Below, one piece after another: positions 1 to 11,760 of a stretch of 64,000 nt of DNA. Source of the DNA: Tricharina praecox. Lineage: Eukaryota. Positions within the stretch are counted from its first letter, which is position 1. Every line of letters starts with the position of its first letter. The stretch covers positions 186,001 to 250,000 of the forward strand of contig NW_026250414.1 of assembly GCF_024521635.1 (NCBI RefSeq), read 5' to 3'. The translations under genes were made by a program, and so were the position numbers. The notes under the pieces are model-generated. The model was not told the origin of the DNA, searched no databases, and saw only the letters and a program-made list of their open reading frames with translations.

Positions 1-88
1 TTCCCCTCGCGCCCGCCATTATGCATCATGCACAACACATCATTTAATCACCTGCATTCGCATAACTGACGGCTTCTCCCCCGCGCAG

Positions 89-717
89 TTGACGTCTGGT
101 CAGTCGGCTGTATCTTGGCCGAACTCCTCGGTGGCCGGCCATTCTTCAAGGGTCGCGACTACGTCGACCAATTGAACCAAATCCTCCACTACCTCGGCAC
201 GCCGAACGAAGAGACTCTCTCCCGAATCGGCTCCCCGCGAGCACAGGACTACGTGCGCAATCTCCCGTTCATGCCCAAGGTCCCCTTCAACCGTCTCTTC
301 CCCAACGCAAACGCGGACGCCCTGGACCTGTTGGACCAGATGCTCGCGTTCGACCCCAGCTCGCGCGTCTCGGTCGAGAAAGCGCTCGACCACCGCTACC
401 TGGGAATCTGGCACGACGCCTCGGACGAGCCCGCGTGCCCGACTACCTTCGACTTCTCGTTCGAAGTCGTCGAGGAGGTCCCGCAGATGCGGCAGATGAT
501 CCTGCAGGAGGTGATCAAATTCCGCCACGAGGTCCGCCGGCAGCCCCTGCCGACCAACCTCGTCGACCCCAATATCCGGAAGGACTCCGTCGGCATCCCG
601 GATCATCAGTGGTCCAAGCAGCAGAGGGATGATGCCCCGCGCCCGCATGAGGCGCATTCGCAGAGCGGCGAACTCGAGGATGTGCTCGCTGGTGGGCTGG
701 ATGCTATGCACCATTAA
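89..717 (+). CDS. SLT2: MAP kinase of the cell-wall-integrity pathway (Slt2/Mpk1/MpkA), last exon; gene starts before the window
   Basis: Branch ACTGAC and acceptor CAG at 86-88, then DVWSVGCILAELLGGRPFFKGRDYVDQLNQILHYLGTP...WHDASDEP..FDFSFE, typical of Slt2/MpkA kinase subdomains IX-XI; stop TAA 715-717. Confidence 0.9.
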
Positions 718-1360
718 ATTCATCTTCCCATAGCCAGCCATATGTAGCTGCGGGGATGTGGGCGTTTTCTTGTAATACAAATCCTCCTCATGTCTTTCTG
801 TTTTTTTTCTTCCACATTTTCATGTTGCAGGGCGGTGGGCGGGTGGGGGGAATCTGAGTTGGTATGATATACCTATTGCGTTTCTAAATAGGGGGCCATG
901 GCATGGGATACCTATGAAAAAGCGGTTTGTATGGATTGTTTTTGTTTTGATTTCGCATTATTTTTTTCTCTTCTGGTGTGTTGTGTTTTTTTTTCTTTCC
1001 TACCAGCTTGCTCAGATATCCCCTAGCTAGTAAAGTCAAGTCAAGTCAAGTCGTATGATCAAGATTGAACATGAACATGAACATGAATGCTCGCTCGCTC
1101 GACGCTCGGGCTACTCGGGCTATGTAAAGGCCTGTTTATTTTATGTATCCATCCATCCTCACCGTCCACCAGAAAGAAAAAACAAGGGAAAAAAACGCCA
1201 ACCCAAATCTTGCAGTAAGTAATACGAAACACAACGGAACAGAAGAACGAGAACACAGAGAACAGAGAAACCTAAGAATAATTTGACACAAACACAAAAT
1301 ATCTGACCGTACAGTAGGCAGGTAGGATTACATAACACAACACAACACAACACATTTTGC

Positions 1361-4300
1361 TCATTTTTTCTTGCTCTTGCTGGCGGCGGTAGCTTTGGAC
1401 GTGCTGGTGGTGGAGGGCTTGGTGTCGACGCTGCTGGCTCGGCTCGTGGCGGTGCTAGTGCCGCGGCTCTCGGGTGCACTGGCTCCGCCCTTCTTGGCTT
1501 GTTCTAGGGCTTTGTTCTGTTTTCTTGTTGTTAGACGGAGGATCATGGGTGGGGGTGGGTGGGAGGAGGGAGATATACCTTGGGTTTTCCATTCGTCACG
1601 GCGGCGGCGGCGGCAGTGGTGGAGGCAGTACTCTTTCCCTTCTTCGCAGGGGGGGCGTCGCCATTATCCTCCTCTTCGTCGTCGCGGGCGTGAGTCCCCT
1701 TCTTCTTCAGCACGCCGATTCCGGGGATAGGGATCTGGTTCTCCTCGAACTCGCGCTGCACCGTGAGGATGAGGGTGTTGCACCTCCTTGAGATCTCGAG
1801 CGACGTGCGGGACAGGAAGAACCAGTCGAAGCGGAACAGCGGGCTCTCGCGAATCTCGTCCCGAATGATCTCGTGCAGGTTCTCGCAGTCGAGGCCGTAC
1901 TTGTCGAGCATCACCAGGAGGAAGCGGTCCTCTTCCTCCGTGTAGATCTTCTTGTTGGTGGTGGAGACGGAGTAGTTGAGCTTCATCTGCTGCAGCGGGA
2001 CACGGTACATCTCGAGTTTCTTGCGGAGCATCTTCTTCTGCTGCGAGATCTTGGCCGCCTTCTCCTCGCCTGCTTCGATCTGGTTGATGTACTTCTCCCA
2101 GTTCGGCATTTCCTCGTAGCGAGTCCAGAAGACTTTGGCGTAGTCCCTAACTTCCTTTTCGGTCTTGCTCTCAAGATCGGTGGCGATGGCGCCTGTGGCT
2201 TTGCGGCCGTACTTGGCTGACAGAGACACAAACGAGAGGAAGTCCTTGCGAGTCCAGTTCGAGAATCCCTGTTCACCGAGTTGGAGCTTCTCCTCCATCT
2301 CAGCCTCAGTGAGTGGCTCGGCCTCATCGATGATGCGCTGGTCCTCGTCGCGCTGAGCTTCCCGCTCCGCCTGGTCCTCGTCGCCATCCGGAAGCGGTAC
2401 CTTGTAGTTCTGCTGCTTGCGGAAATAGGCGGTCTCACGCTCCTGGAGCTCGAGCAATCTTGGCGGGTAGAACTGGTGCTCCAAGACGTTGACCTGCTTG
2501 GGTGCACGGGGAGCCTTCGGCTTGTTATCCGCCTGCTTGTTGCCTTGAGCGAGAACGTTGCGGTAGTAGCTGTCGATGCCGTAGCTCTGCTCCTTCCTCT
2601 CACGTTTCGCGGGATTGATCCAGTTCTGGATGATACTCTTTTTGGCCGGAGCCGCGAAGTTCTCACCGTTCCATTCGTACGCCGAGTCGGAACTGAACTT
2701 CTGCAGATCGTCCAATCCAAGGGCCGAGTACTTTGCATTTAGCTGGGCGGTTCGCTCTTCTCCGTGTCTCAACAGCGCATCGATAGCCGCATCGTCGATA
2801 TCGGCCTCAATCTTGCCCTCGCTCTTGAACACCTTGTCGGCACCGTGTTGGATCATTGACAAAAGCTCATCCTTGTTGGCGGCGGCTTTCGCAGCAGTCT
2901 GGGCTCGCCCTTGCTGGATGACAAGCTGGTCAAGACGCAACTTCTGCGCAGCACGTTCCAAAACCTTCTCTTCAATGGCATTCTCGGTGACGAACCGGTA
3001 GACAACGACCTGCTTAGTCTGTCCGATACGATGGGCGCGATCCATCGCCTGCAGATCTGCCTGAGGGTTCCAGTCCGAGTCGTAGAGCACGACGATGTCG
3101 GCACTCGTCAAATTGATACCCAAACCACCGGCACGAGTGGTCAGCAAGAAGATGAATTTCTCACTGTCAGGCTTATTGTACTCGTCGATGGCAGCAATAC
3201 GGTCCTCGTGAGCGGTCGAACCATCGATCCGACAGTATTGGTATTCCCTGAAGACGCAGTAGTCCTCGAGGATGTCCAGGAGACGCGACATCTGCGAGAA
3301 GATCAGTACTCGCGAGCCCTGGATCTTCATCCGCTTCAGGAGCTTGTCGAGCATGATCATCTTTCCAGAATTGAAAACCAGATGCTCATCGGTAGTGTAG
3401 GGAGGTCCTGGTTCCGCACCCTCGAAGAGATATGGGTGGTTACAACACTTCCTGAGCTGCATGACGATGTTAAGCAGGCGAGTCTTCGACTCACGCTTGC
3501 CCGCAGCACCGTTGACAGCATCAATATCCTTCTCGAGAATTTTCTTGTACCACTTGATCTGCATATCGGACATGCCAATGTACAGATTAACCTCTTTCTT
3601 AGGCAGCAAGCTCTTCTCGACATCGCTCTTGACGCGACGGAGCAAGAAAGGTCGCAAGACCTTGTGGAGTTGCTGCACAACGACGTCCTGGTCTCCACCT
3701 TGGCCCTCGAACCACGAGTCGAAAGCCTGCGAGTTCGAAAAGACATCAGGAAGCAAGAAGTTCAGCAGGGCCCAGAGCTCATGGAGGTTGTTCTGCAGAG
3801 GGGTTCCGGTGATGAGTAATCGGTTCCTGGAGTTGAAAATACGGATGATCTGTGCCAGTGTCGATTCTTCGTTCTTGATGCGGTGCGCTTCGTCGACGAT
3901 GATGTACTCCCAGGCGAACTTCTTGAGGTGGGCCTTCTCACGCAGAATCATCTCGTAACTGGTGATCAGGACATCAAAGTCCTGGTTGAGCACGCGGTCG
4001 TTGATGAGCTGGTGGCGCTCCTCCTTGGCTCCCTGCAACACCAACACGTTGACATCGGGAGTCCATTTCTGAAACTCACGCTTCCAATTGTCGAGCGTGG
4101 ATTTTGGCACCGTGATAAGATGAGGACCGGTAGTTCCGGCAATGTAGCGAAGATATCCAAGAAACTTCCCCGCCAAGTCAGCAAAACGTCACCTCCCGGG
4201 GACCACGAGTAAAAAAACCACGTACTGAGATTGTTTGCAGAGTCTTTCCCAGTCCCATCTCGTCGGCTAAGATACCAGAGATACCGTTCTCGTGGAGAGA

Positions 4301-5152
4301 GATCAGCCAGTTCAGGCCGGCAACCTGGTAGTCTCTCATCTCGCCTCCTTTGATGTACTTTGGCGACTCAGTGAATATGGTGCGGGCCTCGGGGTCGCCT
4401 TCTTCGTCCTGTAGTAGTTCGGCATCCTCTTCCTGCTCGGTCCGCCGCCGCCGGTTCTCTGCTGCGGTCTTCTTCTTGCCCTTCTTGCTCATCCGCTTCT
4501 CTTCCTCTTCAGCAAGAACACGCTGGTAGTCGGGATTGTTACTCATGAAATGGCGGAAAAGGTCTTGAAACGTCAGCACGGTGCGACTCGCAAGATAGCA
4601 GGGTCGCCGTCGACGTACCTGTCAATCCCAACAAGTACTTGATCCGTTTTGTCGAATCGTTGTCCTGCGCAACCACGCCGTCAATGCCCGACAATCATGC
4701 ATTAGCAACGAGAGTGACTACCTTCTGCTGGTTCAAGCTCTCGTTCTTGCGACCGAACGCCTGCTTCCGCTCGTTGGTGACGACCGACCGTCGCCGACGC
4801 CCATCAGGCCGGTCTGCGTCGTCCTCATCGTCATCCTCGTCGCCCGAGTCGTCGTCCGCGCCCTCGTCTTGTGCACCGTCATCTTCCTAGCCAGCCGTTA
4901 GACGCATTGCTCGACAGCGCAAACGCGTATCGTTCGAGTGGTGGAAACTTACGACTTCGGCATCCTGAACGAGAAACATATCACGCGTTAGCGAATCGCC
5001 GCAATGCCTCGCACGCACGCGCAAAGAGCAAATACCAGAGACAGGCCACTCACATCCATCTGGACATCGTCCTGTTCCGGAGAGCCCTCGGGAGAAGTGG
5101 GGGGGTTGCTCTCGTCGGCCATCTCGGAGTCGGACGCTCTGTTCTTGACCAT
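1361..5152 (-). CDS. ISW2: ISWI-family chromatin-remodelling ATPase (SNF2_N, helicase C, HAND-SANT-SLIDE)
   Basis: [52 protein letters not shown] ([21 protein letters not shown]). Inferred exons 5152-5054, 4964-4953, 4886-4722, 4664-4619, 4563-4226, 4164-1579, 1516-1361, all GT-AG introns. Confidence 0.95.
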
Positions 5153-6278
5153 AGCTCCTGTCTTGATACTATACGCGGGTGGGCCGGGGAAGGGTGTTGG
5201 GGTAGGGTGTAAGAAGCACTGGGAGGTGGAGAGCGATTCTGTGGTGATGGGTGGTCGTGTGTAGGTGGATGGAACAAGGGTTTTGTGGGAGTGAATGCTG
5301 GTTGACGACGTCGATGGCGGTCGGAGTCGGTTGAGGTTCAAGAAGGCGCGTTCTACAAAATTGGAACGCGAAAACGGATAGCGTCTTTTTTAGGCTTAGG
5401 GCACCAGCTACTTATGCCGACGCGGAAGGGCACCATCATGATATCCCACTCGGCCCGAGCTTCGAGCCGCCGAGCCCTAGTTACTAACAGACTCGAACCT
5501 TTATTGCCATGATCTAGATACATGGTCGCACGCAATCAATGAATGAACAAAAAAAAGAATCCACAGACTCGAAGACTGCTGAGCCGCCATAGAGACTCCA
5601 AGACCCGGGCGTGTCCCCTCGCCGCCGAATCCATACATGCGAAGCGAGCCCGCCCGACGGCCTCACAGCCCCTCACTCGTCTACTCGCGCTAGCGCACAT
5701 GGCTGCCTTTGGTAATGCCAAGCCGCAGAGGTCGCCATTAAAGTCGCCCAAGCCACAACAAGACAAATGCGCCGCACGCTGCCCCAGTTGTCGTCTGTCC
5801 GCTGTCGACCTGTCGACCACACTAACGGGAAAGAGTGAAAGAGAACGAACGAAGAAAGAGAAAGAGCGAGCGAGAGCGAGAGGATCTCTTTCTCCCATCC
5901 CTCCCGCCGCCGCCCTCAAACAAACCTTCCCCCCCACCCCCACTAGCAGTAATTCCCTTTGCTTCCTAACGCTAACGCCCAGCGAAACATCATCGTCACC
6001 TTCGCACAACACAGGGGACGGCGACATATCTCGCTTCCACCCACACACAAATACCTCCACCAGCCGACGACAGCGACTCCACGACCAGCCGACGACAACC
6101 CCTCCACACTTCGAGTCGAGTATCTACCACCATCAGCAAGCACAGCAACAGCAGTAGTAGCAGCATCAGCAATCCCGGTCGTTGATACTGCCGTGTGTGT
6201 GTGTGTGTGTGCTGTGCTACCCTGTCACCACCCCATCCGCCGCCGGCGCTGCCGCTGCTCTCGCCACATAAGGGTGGT

Positions 6279-7190
6279 ATGGATTTGACGTCTCTTTCAT
6301 CAAACCTCCCCCGCAACAACTCGGCACACCCGGAGGACCCCACCGAAGACGAAGACCGTTCGTCGTCGACCGTTCTGATGTCGGCATTCAAGCAGGCGGC
6401 ATACTCGGTTACGGCCCTGTACAAGCAGGCCAACGAGCAGGTGGACCGTGCTCGTCGGGACGGCCAGAAGGAGGGCTACCAGGAGTGTCTCGATGACATC
6501 TTCGCTCTCCTGCAGCGTTTGGATGAGAATGGGAAGGCAGATCCGGCAACGAGAGAGCTGTTCAAGCAGTGGGCTCTAGGGAAGCGTAGAAAGCTCGGTC
6601 CGAGGCCTGCTAGGCGAGAGGAGAGGGAGCCCAGTTCCGAGAGCGACCTGGAGCGTCACCGGTCCTCGTCGCCCGTCCAGCACCAAGAACAGCAACAAGA
6701 ACAGCAGCAGCAGCAGCAGGGACCACTACAAAAGGAACAGCAGCAGCAGCAGCAGCAGAGCATCGGCCTAGATTCGTCCCGGCAGATGCGCATGAACTCA
6801 CCCGCAGTCCAGTCGTCTCCCGCGGCTCCATTCGTTCCACCCACGCTGCCGCAGCTTCCAGCGTTCACGTTCCAAGCGGCGCACCACATGCCGCGCCACC
6901 TGCCTCCTCCACCGGAAACCAGCGACATCGAACTTCCGGACAACGACTCGCCGCCCACCTCGCCCCGGATGGCGCCGCAGCAGAACCACCTCTTCCAGCA
7001 CGGCAACTTCCAGCAGCACAAGCCCTTCCCGCACACCACGCACACCAACACCTCGCGTGGTCGGCGCACTCGCGGCGGTGGCGGCCCGCGCCAGGGCTCC
7101 AAACGCCGTATCGACTCAATCGATGATTTCTTCGACCTCGCCGGAATGGAAAAGATGCAGCACCACAGCAAGAAAGGCCGCTACCAGTGA
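6279..7190 (+). CDS. Conserved fungal protein, HAPSTR1/C16orf72/YJR056C-like, with poly-Q and low-complexity C-terminus
   Basis: ATG 6279 MDLTSLSSNLP; helical motif LMSAFKQAAYSVTALYKQA..GYQECLDDI; basic C-terminal NLS-like KRR..KKGR; single exon. Confidence 0.7.
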   Translation: MDLTSLSSNLPRNNSAHPEDPTEDEDRSSSTVLMSAFKQAAYSVTALYKQANEQVDRARRDGQKEGYQECLDDIFALLQRLDENGKADPATRELFKQWALGKRRKLGPRPARREEREPSSESDLERHRSSSPVQHQEQQQEQQQQQQGPLQKEQQQQQQQSIGLDSSRQMRMNSPAVQSSPAAPFVPPTLPQLPAFTFQAAHHMPRHLPPPPETSDIELPDNDSPPTSPRMAPQQNHLFQHGNFQQHKPFPHTTHTNTSRGRRTRGGGGPRQGSKRRIDSIDDFFDLAGMEKMQHHSKKGRYQ

Positions 7191-8799
7191 TTCATAGGTA
7201 GTCTACCAGCTCACAATCATGATGATCACGACAACAACAAGTAACCGTACGGTCTACGGGTCTACGGATTGCGAAAATCTTTTCTGTGTGTGTGCATGTG
7301 CGGGTTTTTGTTTGCATTATAATACTGGAGTCGTGGAGACGGGTTTGCTTTGCTTTGTGGTTTGCTTTGTGGTTTGTTTTTTTGTGGTTTTCTGTGTGGT
7401 TTTGTGGTTTTGCTTGCTTTGTGTTCTCGGTCCCTTTTTTCTTGACTTGACTTTGCGAATCCGAAATAGATGGAAATCAGAATTAGAGTGTGAATAGGTA
7501 GTCGGGTGGTGAGGTGGTCTGTAGTCTGCGGTCTGTGGGCGGTTGAATGGTCTGCGGTGCGGGTTGCGTTGAGGAGAGGAGAGGCGGGCGGGGCGGGCGG
7601 GGTGGGCGGGGTGGTGTCGGCGGGGTGACTTGTGCGTACTGTACTGGCTGGGAGATCTTGGGCCATGCCATGGTATGGTCGTCAAGAACGACGACGATTT
7701 TACTTGCTCGCCTGCCTGCCTGCCTGCTCTTGTTTCTTCACATGTGGCCGTTGTCTTTCGCCTGTGGACGATGGATGAAGCGATGTGCTACCTAGCAGTC
7801 ACTGCATGTAACATATTACCGTTCGATTCTCTGCATCTCGTTTCTCTCGTTTTCTTGCTTGTCTGCTTGTTTGTTTGTTCGTCGTTTCTTCATCGTTTCT
7901 TCTGGGTATTCTTTAGGGTCTCGTCTTGCAGTTGGTCTGTAATTGGTCTTGCAATCGGTCTTGTCTCGCAAGTGGTTTTGCATTTAGTCTTGCAATTGGT
8001 CTGTAATTGGTCTTATCTTGCAATTGGTCTTGTCTTGTCTTGTCGTTTAGTTTCGTTTTGTTCGTGGGGGGCGTTTTGCTACAACTTACTTCTTGAGAGT
8101 ATACCTTACCTTACCTTACCTTACCTACTTTTACCTACTTCGTACCTATCCTGCCAGACTGCCAGACTGCCAGACTGCTACTGCTGCGACTCTGCGCAGT
8201 GCGAGTGACTTGTTGGTGTTGTGACCGGTTCTACATGGGCAGTGGGCAGTGGGCGGCCGTATGCTTCGTGTTCAAGGGTCTGTGTGGTTTTCTTTGCTTT
8301 TTTACATGTCCGTTTTTTTCTTTCTTGACTGCTGACTGGCTGGCTGGCTGGAATCTGCATTGCCTTAACACGTACTCGTGACATATTGATGTGGCTCCCG
8401 CCAATCTCCGCCGAGCTGTGGCTGTTGTCCTCACTGGTGAGCGAAATGCGTTCCTGACGAATTCGCCATGATATGATGTGATACCGTACATATGAGGTGA
8501 AGTTCCAGTTACGGCGCCAGCGCGGTGCGGTGGGGTGCGGGTGCATGGGACACCCCTGCATACCGTGCCCTATCAATTCCACGCGTGCGCTTTAAACATC
8601 CTTAGATGTCAATGTAACCAAGGGGTCTGTATTGTATTGTATGTACATACGAGCTCTCCTGAGGACTTTCTTTCTCTCTCTCATATACACACACTCGCTC
8701 GCCCTCACGCTCTCTCGCAGAAAAGCACACGCTCCTTCCCTGGCACCACGCCCGATCCACGCTCGCTACACGCTCGCTACATACCACACGGAGGAGGAG

Positions 8800-9849
8800 A
8801 TGGTAGTCTCTATCCGCATCCCGCCGGAGTCGCCCAGCTCTCTGCTGCCCCAATACGCCTACCGCACCTCCTCGCGGCCCCTCACACCACGGGGGTACCG
8901 CCGTCTGCTCCCACTGCTTCTCGCGTTCATCTTCGTGGTGGAAACATACCGACTCTTCCACACCCCCAGCTCCAACTCCACCCCCATCTCCGCCGATCCC
9001 TCACCCTCCCTCGACACCGACCTCGACCTCCCCCCCGCCCCCGTGGGCCTCTCGCACCTGATAATCGTCGCCTGCCACGCTATCTGGATACCGGGTCCGA
9101 CGCTGGGGTCCTCCGCATCGGAATGGGTACTAGAGCCGTACCAACTCTCGCTGACCCCTCCGGCCTCATCCACCTTCCTCGCGCACATCTCGCGGGGCGC
9201 GTCCCTCGCCGTAGCGGACCCCTCCTCCCTGCTCGTCTTCTCTGGCGGGGAAACGCGGCCCTCAGCCGGCCCGCGCACCGAGGCGGCGGGCTACTTCGAG
9301 CTGGCCGCGCAGCGGGGATGGGTTGGCGAGCAACTGCAGGCGCGCACAACGACGGAGACGCAGGCGCTGGATTCGTATCAGAACTTGGTGTTCTCGTTGC
9401 TTAGGTTCCGAGAGGTGACGGGCGGCTGGCCGGAAAGGGTCACGGTTGTTAGTTATGAGTTTAAAAGGAGGAGGTTTGTGGACCTGCATAGAGCTGCGAT
9501 TGGGTGGCCCGGGGCGAGGTTTGAGTTTGTTGGTGTGGATCCGGAGTGGACGGGGGTGGAGGGGGAGAGGGAGAGGGAGCTGGTGGAACAGGGCGAGTGG
9601 AGGAATGCGAGACGGCTGTGGGAGAGGGATCCGTATGCGTGTGGTATTGGTGGGGAGGAGGAGGAGGGCGGGGTGCGTGGGGGGGAGCTCAGGGAGAAGA
9701 GGAGGGGTAGGAATGCTGGTAGGAGGAGGGGGTATGTACTCGATGGCGTTGACGCATCGGTCAAGAGGTTGCTCGGATGGTGTAGTGAGGGCGGGAGCGA
9801 GGGGAGGATGTTTGATGAGCGGTTGCCGTGGACGGAGGTTGAGGAGTAG
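8800..9849 (+). CDS. DUF218-like (YOR238W-like) protein with N-terminal transmembrane anchor
   Basis: Motifs LIIVACHAIW, LLVFSGGETR, TETQALDSYQNLVFS, VTVVSYEFKRRRF.DLH; hydrophobic LLPLLLAFIFVV near the N-terminus. Confidence 0.8.
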   Translation: MVVSIRIPPESPSSLLPQYAYRTSSRPLTPRGYRRLLPLLLAFIFVVETYRLFHTPSSNSTPISADPSPSLDTDLDLPPAPVGLSHLIIVACHAIWIPGPTLGSSASEWVLEPYQLSLTPPASSTFLAHISRGASLAVADPSSLLVFSGGETRPSAGPRTEAAGYFELAAQRGWVGEQLQARTTTETQALDSYQNLVFSLLRFREVTGGWPERVTVVSYEFKRRRFVDLHRAAIGWPGARFEFVGVDPEWTGVEGERERELVEQGEWRNARRLWERDPYACGIGGEEEEGGVRGGELREKRRGRNAGRRRGYVLDGVDASVKRLLGWCSEGGSEGRMFDERLPWTEVEE

Positions 9850-10440
9850 ACGGGGACACTGGACTGGAGTGAGATAGGTATAGATATTGGATAGACGGTA
9901 AGTTATATAGACAACGGTGGCCTCCGGCGCTGGCTGTGCTGCTGGTTTTTTTGGCAGGGAATGGATGGTACGGATAGATTTCAATAGTAATGTTTAAAGC
10001 ATCGGTAAGGGCACATTCTAGCTCACTTCGGTGGTTATCCCACATCTGCAAGTAGTGCTCGTAAACTCGTGTCATGACAATGGATATTACCGTAGGTAAA
10101 GTAAGGGACCCTACCAAGTCAGAAGCCATACAACCTCAAAGCAGCCAGAATCTGGCCAGATAGTTCCAAGCCGAGTGATCCACTATGAACACCACCTTAC
10201 TTCCAGTACCCACTGTGCGAGCCATATGTAGAGTACCAGCACTTCGCACGCATACACTCCCCATTTAGAGTCCTCCGTCGAGAGTAAGTTACGGTAGTAA
10301 ATACCAAATACCTATTCCCCACATCAACAACACACAGTATCACCGAGTGCAATCCCATGACCCCCCTCTAGAGTACCCTCTCACTCACGCTCACGCCACA
10401 AATACACAACCATTACATACGACATCTTCATTCGGGGCAG

Positions 10441-10485
10441 TAAATAACGTGGGCAGTTGTAAATAACGTGGGTAAATAACGTGGG
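10441..10485. repeat. Three direct copies of TAAATAACGTGGG
   Basis: Copies at 10441, 10460 and 10473. Confidence 0.85.
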
Positions 10486-10851
10486 CAAGTAGTAAGGTTA
10501 GGGGGGAAATGTACAGAAAACGATTTCAAGAGTTCTCCAGAGAAGTGAAGTGGCAGTAACTCCTCTCACACACACACACACACACACGATAATCAACACC
10601 AACAGCACAGACTCTCTCCCACCACTAGCAGCAGCTCCACCAGCTCCACCACCAGCACACCGTCCGCCGTTACCACCACCATCACCACACCCCCCGCCGT
10701 CACCACGACCAATATTCAAAGAAAAAAAACCCGAAGAAAAAAATACATACACACGGGTATGGCACCAAACATCATAATCGCTCCCCATCCCCTTCCCCCT
10801 CCCCTTCTCCATCCTCTTCCCCTTCCCCTTCCCCTTCTCCCCATCCCCTCA

Positions 10852-11760
10852 TCACAGCCCCGACCCCTTCGGCTGATAAACCGGCAGTCTGGGAATAACC
10901 GCCTCCTCGGCAGGCCGCTGCATATCAAAGCTGCTCACACTAACACCATCCTCATCGACCTCGCGACTATGCAACTCCGCGGGGGGGCCTGTGTACAGAG
11001 CCTGCTCCTGATGCTGCTGCTGCTGTTGCGGGAGCACAACCGGGACGACAGGAGGTTGTGGTGGGCGTGGGGGGTTACTAGCGAACCCTGGATCGGTGAG
11101 CTGTCTGGCGGGGGGGCCCATGGGAAGTGCGGCGGCGCCAACACCGCCAACACCGCCGTATACTGGCGAGGTGTGTGAAGTGGGCGACGAGGTGCGGGAC
11201 TTGTCGTGCGCAGCGGCGCCCGCGGAATCGCGGAGCATCGCGGGCTTGTCGGCGCGCCGGTACTTGCGGCGGCGGAGGAAGAAGACTAGTGCGCCGATGA
11301 GCGCGAGGCCGGCGAGCCCGCCGACTACGCCGCCAGCGATCGCGCCCGTGTGGCTCTTCTTGTTATTGCTGGGGTTGGCGAGTGAGGTGTTGCGGCTGGC
11401 GTCGGCGCTGGCGCTGCTGTAGTTCCCCGTGCTGATCGGGGCTGCGAAGACTACTTCTATGCTGCTGCTGGCGGCGGCGTTGCGGGTCGGCGCGAGGATA
11501 GATGTCGACGAGGAGGAGGATACGCTGCAGACGGTGCTGCCGTCTTGGTTCTTGATCAGCTCTTCAACGCCGTCCTTGTTCATGATGCATTCCGAGAGGC
11601 AGGTGTCCCCCCCGGTTGCGCATGTGAACCCGCCGTTGGGTGTCCGGACTACAGTTGGTCGACCGGGTCCGCCGTCGGTGTTCTGCATGGACGCCTGTGA
11701 CAGAACTCCCGGCACCAGGGCCAGGCCGCACAGCACGGCAGAAATCGCAGAAAATCTCAT
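10852..11760 (-). CDS. Single-pass type I membrane protein (signal peptide, 4-Cys ectodomain, Ser/Thr stalk, TM, cytoplasmic tail), Mid2/Wsc-like architecture
   Basis: MRFSAISAVLCGLALVPGVLS signal peptide; GAIAGGVVGGLAGLALIGALVFFL followed by RRRK; 302-aa ORF. Confidence 0.8.
   Translation of the reverse strand: MRFSAISAVLCGLALVPGVLSQASMQNTDGGPGRPTVVRTPNGGFTCATGGDTCLSECIMNKDGVEELIKNQDGSTVCSVSSSSSTSILAPTRNAAASSSIEVVFAAPISTGNYSSASADASRNTSLANPSNNKKSHTGAIAGGVVGGLAGLALIGALVFFLRRRKYRRADKPAMLRDSAGAAAHDKSRTSSPTSHTSPVYGGVGGVGAAALPMGPPARQLTDPGFASNPPRPPQPPVVPVVLPQQQQQHQEQALYTGPPAELHSREVDEDGVSVSSFDMQRPAEEAVIPRLPVYQPKGSGL

Noticed and set aside
100..780. Long antisense ORFs over MAPK, ISWI, SRAP and other genes
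   Set aside because: Shadow frames of GC-rich codon-biased genes; no protein motifs
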